Program-made: the position numbers and the translations under genes
Source of the DNA: Candidatus Ratteibacteria bacterium
GTDB taxonomy: Bacteria > Ratteibacteria > UBA8468 > B48-G9 > DTJG01
Length of the DNA stretch: 13,492 nt
NCBI GenBank assembly: GCA_049971295.1
Contig: JBMFLH010000054.1
Coordinates: forward strand, 1-13,492
Direction of reading: 5' to 3'
Shown: piece by piece, positions 8,449-13,492 of the stretch
Layout of the letters: every line of letters begins with the position of its first letter
How positions within the stretch are numbered: position 1 is the stretch's first letter
Notes under the pieces: model-generated
Told to the model about the DNA's origin: nothing
Databases searched by the model: none
Seen by the model: the letters and a program-made list of their open reading frames with translations, nothing else

Positions 8449-9108
8449 TTAAAATGGAAACCATGTAAGTACTTCATTCACAACAATCTCGTGTCCTTTT
8501 TTTGAAGGATGATTAATCCAGCTCATCAATGTTTCAAGAGGAACACCATTTGAAACTGCTTTTTCAAAAGCAGAGAAACTATCAGCAAGTGCCACTTCTT
8601 CATTGGATGCCAGGGTTCTGATGATGTCTGCCTGCCTTTTAAGAAGTTTGCCATACTCCCGCTGGGAGTCAAGTACAGAAAAATCCCATGTTGGAATTAA
8701 CAACATCACTGCTGTATTTTTTTCTTTTGCCCGCTGTATCATCTCTGTCCATGCCTTTTGAACAGAACTGGTATCAAAATTTCTGTCATTAAGTCCATAA
8801 TCTATAAGAACAAGGTCTGGTTTATGACACAATACATCATGTGAAAACCTCTTTGCCCCTGAAATGGAATTTTCTCCACCAATCGCACTGACGATCACAT
8901 TGATGACAGCAAAAGGAAATCTTTCTTTGAGTTTTTTGTGTAGCAGATGCGGATAGGCATTGAATGTATCAACATGTGGAGTGGCAAAATATCCAGCAGG
9001 CACACTGTGACCGTGACAGACAATATTCACGATTCTATTATCAGGCCATTGTTTGCGCAGCAATGTCACAAGTTCGGCAAGATATGTCTTTCTATTTGCA
9101 ATTGCCAC
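8449..9108 (-). CDS. SGNH/GDSL-family hydrolase, GHS variant
   Basis: Motifs CHGHSV, AIGGENS, DYGLND and WINHP. GTG at 9108 has GGAG 7 nt upstream, so it is preferred over the track's 9144. It overlaps the upstream gene by 17 bp. Confidence 0.85.
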   Translation of the reverse strand: MAIANRKTYLAELVTLLRKQWPDNRIVNIVCHGHSVPAGYFATPHVDTFNAYPHLLHKKLKERFPFAVINVIVSAIGGENSISGAKRFSHDVLCHKPDLVLIDYGLNDRNFDTSSVQKAWTEMIQRAKEKNTAVMLLIPTWDFSVLDSQREYGKLLKRQADIIRTLASNEEVALADSFSAFEKAVSNGVPLETLMSWINHPSKKGHEIVVNEVLTWFPF

Positions 9109-10507
9109 TGTTTTTCTCCAGTATTTTGATCTCAAAAGGAGCAAGTTCCAATGTCCTTGAGATTTTTCCTGTTTCTAAATCACGCCAGGGTTGTCTCAAA
9201 ACAAGTGTATCCTTCTCATTTAAATAATTTGCAACAACGAGATAGAATACATTGTTTACATATGCTGTTAGAACAAGGCCCGGCCATTTTCTTCCAACCA
9301 CAATGGATTCATCCTGGATGTCCACAAATACATGAGTTGCTGGTTTCGTCATTTCTTTATACATGTCAAAGTAGTGGAAATAATTTTTTATTGTTTCTGG
9401 ATTACCAGGGACTGAATCCCATTGAGAATACACAGGAAAATCATCAGGATGTTTCCGATAATGGTCGCGTATTAAATCAGGTTGACCGATAGCCAGGCCT
9501 CCTTTTTTGTACTGAAGTTTTTCGCCTTCATACATTTTCCCTGTAATAGGTCTTCCGTGGTACAAAACAGGAAATTGCAAATATGGAATTGTCAGGGCAT
9601 ATAGCTTTTTCTGGTCCTGGGAAGGAACCACTCTCCAGTCAGGAATATAAAAAACATATGGTGGCAAATCTTTTACAGTTTTCCTCATTAGATTCATATC
9701 TTTTATTCCCTCTCCCACATAAAGATAATCCCAGCACTTAAACACTGTGGGCGCTGAAATTTCAGGGTTACAGAACTCCCAGGCATGTAGAGTAAATATT
9801 CCACTATATCTTTTCACAATGGTATAAATTTCCTGAATCAGGTCTTCAAAAGAACCATAGAATGATGCAGATTCTTCAAAGGCATCAATATGGTTTTGTG
9901 TATCAGATGGTGGATCAACAAAAGCAAGAGGGTCATATCCCACATCATCATAAAGTCCATCAATTTCATATTTATCAAACATCTTTTCAATGTTGTTCAG
10001 AAGAAATGCTCTCCAGGAAGGACTTCGTGGAGAACACAGGGCATAATTAAAATATCCCTCATCAAGGGAAAGTACCTTTCCCTTATAATAAGAAAGCCAT
10101 TCTTCCTTGAAATATTTGCTTCTTCTATCGTAATAACCGCTTGAAATATAAGGAATAATTTTCAACCCACATTGATGGGCAAGAGAAATCATTTTTTTGA
10201 AGCCTTCTTCGTTATTGGGGGTAAATTTATCTCCACCAAAAATTTCAAGGGCATCATTCCATTCTTCATGGATTTTCACCAATCCCATCCCTCTTTCTTT
10301 GTAGAATTTAAAATTGTTCTCATCGTGCTGGTCAGGCATTGGACACCTTTCTGCAGGATATTCACCCCAGTTATACCAAACATGACCCGGGATGTAATCA
10401 ATAAGAACCTCGTGCCGCCTGCATCTTCTAATGAAATTTCTTGCATCTTTCAGGTTTTCAAGCCGCTTTCTTTCAGTTGAATCATCCCATATTTTAATCT
10501 GCCCCAT
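9092..10507 (-). CDS. Hypothetical TIM-barrel glycoside hydrolase-like protein (clan GH-D-like motifs; family unassigned)
   Basis: Pattern F..MI..AH..GLKIIPYIS..LCSP.SPSWR..L..YEIDGLYDD, with a beta-rich C-terminus. SD AGGAGG overlaps the upstream stop. No signal peptide is visible. Confidence 0.55.
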   Translation of the reverse strand: MGQIKIWDDSTERKRLENLKDARNFIRRCRRHEVLIDYIPGHVWYNWGEYPAERCPMPDQHDENNFKFYKERGMGLVKIHEEWNDALEIFGGDKFTPNNEEGFKKMISLAHQCGLKIIPYISSGYYDRRSKYFKEEWLSYYKGKVLSLDEGYFNYALCSPRSPSWRAFLLNNIEKMFDKYEIDGLYDDVGYDPLAFVDPPSDTQNHIDAFEESASFYGSFEDLIQEIYTIVKRYSGIFTLHAWEFCNPEISAPTVFKCWDYLYVGEGIKDMNLMRKTVKDLPPYVFYIPDWRVVPSQDQKKLYALTIPYLQFPVLYHGRPITGKMYEGEKLQYKKGGLAIGQPDLIRDHYRKHPDDFPVYSQWDSVPGNPETIKNYFHYFDMYKEMTKPATHVFVDIQDESIVVGRKWPGLVLTAYVNNVFYLVVANYLNEKDTLVLRQPWRDLETGKISRTLELAPFEIKILEKNSGNCK

Positions 10508-10518
10508 TTCTCCTCCTA
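10508..10518 (-). promoter_or_regulatory. Strong RBS (TAGGAGGAGAA-ATG) overlapping the upstream TAG stop
   Basis: The reverse complement reads TAG GAGGAGAA ATG. Confidence 0.75.
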
Positions 10519-11529
10519 TAAATTCATTGCTTCATCAATCATCGCAAAAAGATTGCAGGCAGGAACATCTGCCTGAATAGTAATACCTGGCTCCAGAATA
10601 TACCCGCCGCCTTTCCCCATTGTTTCTTTGAGTCGCTTTACCTCGTCCCGTACCTGTTCAGGAGTACCTTTCACCAGCAGGTCCTGTGTTCTTATCCCTC
10701 CGCAAAAACAAAGGTCTGCTCCAAACTCCTTCTTCAGATAGTTGATATCCATTGCTTCTGGCTGTATTGGATGAAGAATATCAAGCCCAAGTTCGAGCAA
10801 ATCAGGAATAATTGGTATGATATTTCCACAGGAATGCTGAAAAATTTTCTTGCCCTTGTTTGAGGCATAACCGTAAATTTTTGAAACAAATGGCTTGATA
10901 AATCTCCTCCATGCCTGAGGTGAAATGAGCATTCCCTTTTGTGTTCCATAGTCATCACTAAGAGCAATGGCTTCAAATTCAAATCTTTCAAAAAGAATTT
11001 CCATTGTCCCAAGAATGTAGTCAGTAATACCTGCCAGTAACTCTATCACAAAGTCAGGATGTAAAACAATATCTATAAGCAAATTTCCCATTCCTCTCAT
11101 AAATGTTGCTCTTTCCCAGAGGTCTCCAACCCAGATTATTCTATAATGGTCCTTCTGTCTTTCACACCAATTTTCAATATCTTCAAATCTGTATGGCAAA
11201 CCCGGATCTGGGAACCTGTATCCTGAAAGAGTTGGATTTTTTAATACAGGTCCTATCGGTGCGCCCCTATCGATCGTACTTGTTGACCATATGACACCGT
11301 ACTCATCAACCGCAGTATCTCCAAATTTTGCAGGGTCTGCATAAAGGGGTTTGATGGACTTTGGAGAAATCATTCTGATAGGAAGATTGATTGCATCGGC
11401 AATTGGGGAGCCATAATGCTGCTCAGCAATTTTCAAAGAAACAGGAGAAAACATAAAATTGTATGGCACAGGCATTTCTCTGTGATTGATGATTGCCTCG
11501 ATCCATTTTCTATCGTTTTTAGGTCTCAT
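10516..11529 (-). CDS. Uroporphyrinogen decarboxylase / MtaA-CmuA methyltransferase superfamily protein (not a canonical HemE)
   Basis: Motifs DEYGVIW, LWERA..MRGM.NLL.D, SDDYGTQ.GMLISP, HSCGNI, PIQPEAMD, GGI and GGGYIL. It lacks the HemE RQAGR motif. Confidence 0.88.
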   Translation of the reverse strand: MRPKNDRKWIEAIINHREMPVPYNFMFSPVSLKIAEQHYGSPIADAINLPIRMISPKSIKPLYADPAKFGDTAVDEYGVIWSTSTIDRGAPIGPVLKNPTLSGYRFPDPGLPYRFEDIENWCERQKDHYRIIWVGDLWERATFMRGMGNLLIDIVLHPDFVIELLAGITDYILGTMEILFERFEFEAIALSDDYGTQKGMLISPQAWRRFIKPFVSKIYGYASNKGKKIFQHSCGNIIPIIPDLLELGLDILHPIQPEAMDINYLKKEFGADLCFCGGIRTQDLLVKGTPEQVRDEVKRLKETMGKGGGYILEPGITIQADVPACNLFAMIDEAMNL

Positions 11530-11538
11530 AACTCTATT

Positions 11539-11567
11539 AAATTATCACAAAAAATTCTTGGCTTCAA
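11539..11567 (-). promoter_or_regulatory. Putative sigma70 promoter TTGAAG-N17-TAATTT with extended -10 TG, for the UroD-like operon
   Basis: On the minus strand the -35 is at 11567-11562, the spacer is 17 bp, and TG-a-TAATTT has its hexamer at 11544-11539. There are 9 nt to ATG 11529. Confidence 0.55.
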
Positions 11568-11588
11568 AATTTTCTAAAATCTGTCGAG

Positions 11589-11599
11589 TGTGATAATAT
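11589..11599 (+). promoter_or_regulatory. Putative extended -10 promoter TG-a-TAATAT for the aldolase gene
   Basis: TG at 11591-11592 and TAATAT at 11594-11599, then 10 nt to ATG 11610. The -35 is weak and there is no SD. Confidence 0.5.
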
Positions 11600-11609
11600 A
11601 AAAATTGAT

Positions 11610-12374
11610 ATGTTTGAAAATAAACTTGCAAAACTTATTCGCGAAAGAAAACCATCTCTTGGCGGATGGATTAATCTGGCTGACCCTGGAATTGCTGTCA
11701 TCATGGCGCGAGCTGGCTATGACTGGCTTTTAATAGACAATGAACACCATCCTTTTACTGAAGCACAAATACAGGCAATGATTTATGCCTTGAGAACCAC
11801 TGGCGTAACTTCAATTATCAGGGTCAGAGGAAACGATCCCTCCCACATTAAATGGGTACTTGATACTGGTGCAGGTGGAATTATGGTACCGATGATAGAA
11901 AACGCACAGGAAGTAAGAAATGCAATTTCTTATTCAAAATATTTTCCACTTGGAAATCGTGGATACAGCCCTTTAAGGGCGTCTGATTTCTGGACATTTA
12001 AACACCAATATGAAGAAAAAGCAAACACGGAAGTACTTTTAATCTGCCAGATAGAACTCATATCTGCTGTAAATGAAATAGAAGAAATTGTTCAGCTACC
12101 GGTTGACGGCATCTGGATTGGTTACGCAGATCTTGCATATTCAATGGGCTATTATGGAAATTTCAAGCATCCTGAAGTGCAGAAGGCAATTGATAAGGTG
12201 ATTGACGCTGCTAATAAATACAACAAACCCTGGGGAATGCCAGCTGCCACACCAGAAGATTTTGCCAAGAGAATAAGACAGGGTGCGTTGCTTATGATAT
12301 CCGGTTCTGACTCAGGATTTATCTCATCAGCAGCATCTGAAAGAGTTCAACAATGCCGCAAGGCAATTGAATAA
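11610..12374 (+). CDS. HpcH/HpaI-family class II aldolase (GarL/RhmA-like 2-keto-3-deoxy sugar-acid aldolase)
   Basis: Motifs GYDWLLIDNEH, IRV, LDTGAGGIMVPMI, FPLGNRG, QIE and G.ADL. Confidence 0.92.
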   Translation: MFENKLAKLIRERKPSLGGWINLADPGIAVIMARAGYDWLLIDNEHHPFTEAQIQAMIYALRTTGVTSIIRVRGNDPSHIKWVLDTGAGGIMVPMIENAQEVRNAISYSKYFPLGNRGYSPLRASDFWTFKHQYEEKANTEVLLICQIELISAVNEIEEIVQLPVDGIWIGYADLAYSMGYYGNFKHPEVQKAIDKVIDAANKYNKPWGMPAATPEDFAKRIRQGALLMISGSDSGFISSAASERVQQCRKAIE

Positions 12375-12377
12375 CAT

Positions 12378-12917
12378 TCATCCTTTTGCGCCACCCTGAT
12401 TGATTCTTTTTGCAGTTTTAATAGCGTCCTTTACAGCAATTCCTGCACCACCAACCATTAAAACGATCCCTATTAATGTAAATGCCACATATCTTTTGGG
12501 TATGTATTTTGTAATTGACTCCTCTGCCTTTTGTTGTTTTCCCTGTTCCTGTGCCTTTTTCTCTTTTTCAACTTCTTCAACAACAACCCCTTCCTCTGTA
12601 AGAGGAACCGGTTCTTCTGATGAAATACCGGTACCTTCAGAAACTGTGCTCATCTGGTGCCCGCCTGCAAAAGCCCTTAACTCTTTTATCGTTCCCACAA
12701 GCCCCCATATAAAAAGTACCAGCCCAACAACAACAGTGATAAAAAACAATGCCCCTTTTCCAAACTGGCCATTATAAACCTGACCGAGACCAGGACACAA
12801 AGTTGAAAGCACAGCCGCAATGCCTGAAGATTTTTGCTCGTACTTTCTCCTCACAGATGCTCTTATTTCTTCTTCTTCAATAATCTTTGCTTTTTCTTCT
12901 TCATTCAGCATACCCAT
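12378..12917 (-). CDS. Membrane protein with a TM2/DUF5683-like motif
   Basis: KSSGIAAVLSTLCPGLGQVYNGQFGKG, two further hydrophobic helices and a C-terminal DAIKTAKRIN. Strong SD AAGGAGGT at 12921-12928. Confidence 0.75.
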   Translation of the reverse strand: MGMLNEEEKAKIIEEEEIRASVRRKYEQKSSGIAAVLSTLCPGLGQVYNGQFGKGALFFITVVVGLVLFIWGLVGTIKELRAFAGGHQMSTVSEGTGISSEEPVPLTEEGVVVEEVEKEKKAQEQGKQQKAEESITKYIPKRYVAFTLIGIVLMVGGAGIAVKDAIKTAKRINQGGAKG

Positions 12918-12988
12918 AAAACCTCCTTCTTCAATTTTTTAAAAAGGAAAGTTTGCTATGGACATTTCATTTTCTTTCTCCCACCATT

Positions 12989-13492
12989 TCACTCATACAC
13001 CCACTTTACACTTTTTATCTCATCATATATCTGTTGCAAAATTTTGAAATTCTTTGAAATTGGCATTGTGATAAAAAATACTTCAATATACTGGTTTTTC
13101 TTTAGCTGCTTTTTTTGAGGCACTGAATTAATAAAGATAAAATCTTCACCCTTACCCAGTATACCAGGGCAAATCAACCCTGCTCCTTCTCCTTTCCCAT
13201 CGTGGGCATATAACCAGCTGACAACACCAATTTTATTGCTCTGTGTTGCCTTCAATGGTCCAAGTCTATAATTCATAATTTTACCTGATTCAGGATATGC
13301 ATAATACTTGAATTTATTTGCATCTGAATTACCACTCATTCCCCAGTTAATAGCACATACATGACTGCCTTCTCCAAGATAAACAAATCTTGAATCCACA
13401 GCAAGGAAAGGATAATTTTTCCTAAGTTCAAGAAAAATCACGTGTTCGTAGTCGTTATCAATAACATTGTTCTGATTTTCTATCAGAAAAAT
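12989..13492 (-). CDS. Partial hypothetical protein (5' end outside window), beta-rich
   Basis: The frame stays open beyond the track's GTG 13441 to the window edge (IFLIENQNNVIDNDYEHVIFLELRKNYPF...). No family recognised. Confidence 0.7.
   Translation of the reverse strand: MFLIENQNNVIDNDYEHVIFLELRKNYPFLAVDSRFVYLGEGSHVCAINWGMSGNSDANKFKYYAYPESGKIMNYRLGPLKATQSNKIGVVSWLYAHDGKGEGAGLICPGILGKGEDFIFINSVPQKKQLKKNQYIEVFFITMPISKNFKILQQIYDEIKSVKWVYE

Noticed and set aside
8430..8477. Longer N-terminus for the GH20
   Set aside because: It needs a 29-bp overlap with the SGNH gene. ATG 8429 has an SD-like AAGGG and no overlap.
9109..9144. Longer N-terminus for the GHS-type SGNH protein
   Set aside because: It needs a 53-bp overlap. 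GTG 9108 has a well-spaced GGAG.
10516..11529. Calling this gene hemE
   Set aside because: It lacks the RQAGR and LGHG signatures, and there are no tetrapyrrole genes nearby.
12936..12945. TTTTTAAAAA palindrome
   Set aside because: Low complexity and expected by chance in AT-rich DNA.
340..13118. Short alternative-frame and antisense ORFs in the track (e.g. 698-1147, 3939-4346, 5621-6025, 9151-9492, 12400-12777)
   Set aside because: They lie within or across longer genes with clear family motifs and have no recognisable motifs of their own.
13439..13441. GTG 13441 as the start of the last CDS
   Set aside because: The frame is open to the window edge and there is no SD, so the gene is probably truncated by the window.
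1..13492. CRISPR arrays, tRNA/rRNA, IS or phage genes, defence systems, recoded stop codons
   Set aside because: I saw no periodic repeats by eye, intergenic gaps are 80 bp or less, and no nuclease, recombinase or RT motifs were found. The genes read as complete under the standard code.

Overview
This is an AT-rich, densely coding bacterial window with 12 CDS, two of them cut by the window edges. I found no rRNA, tRNA, CRISPR array or mobile element. The + strand block holds the C-terminus of a flavodoxin-like protein, a BNR/Asp-box (sialidase-like) protein, a secreted 1007-aa GH42-like protein and an SGNH esterase. These are followed by a separately promoted pair: a membrane-anchored HEAT-repeat protein and a prepilin-leader (DUF1559-like) protein with an EF-hand loop. 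A - strand operon converges on this pair (UroD/MtaA-family protein, unassigned TIM-barrel glycosidase-like protein, 'GHS'-type SGNH esterase, GH20). That operon is divergent from an HpcH/HpaI aldolase. A membrane protein and a partial hypothetical CDS close the window. The gene content suggests a PVC-superphylum organism and a glycan-catabolism region (inference). Most notable are (i) the HEAT + EF-hand pilin-like module among glycan enzymes with no conventional transporter in the window, (ii) three sigma70-like promoters placed to give leaderless or near-leaderless mRNAs, two of them mirror images, and (iii) a UroD-fold protein with an atypical ligand set leading a glycosidase operon. All product calls come from reading motifs by eye, not from database searches.
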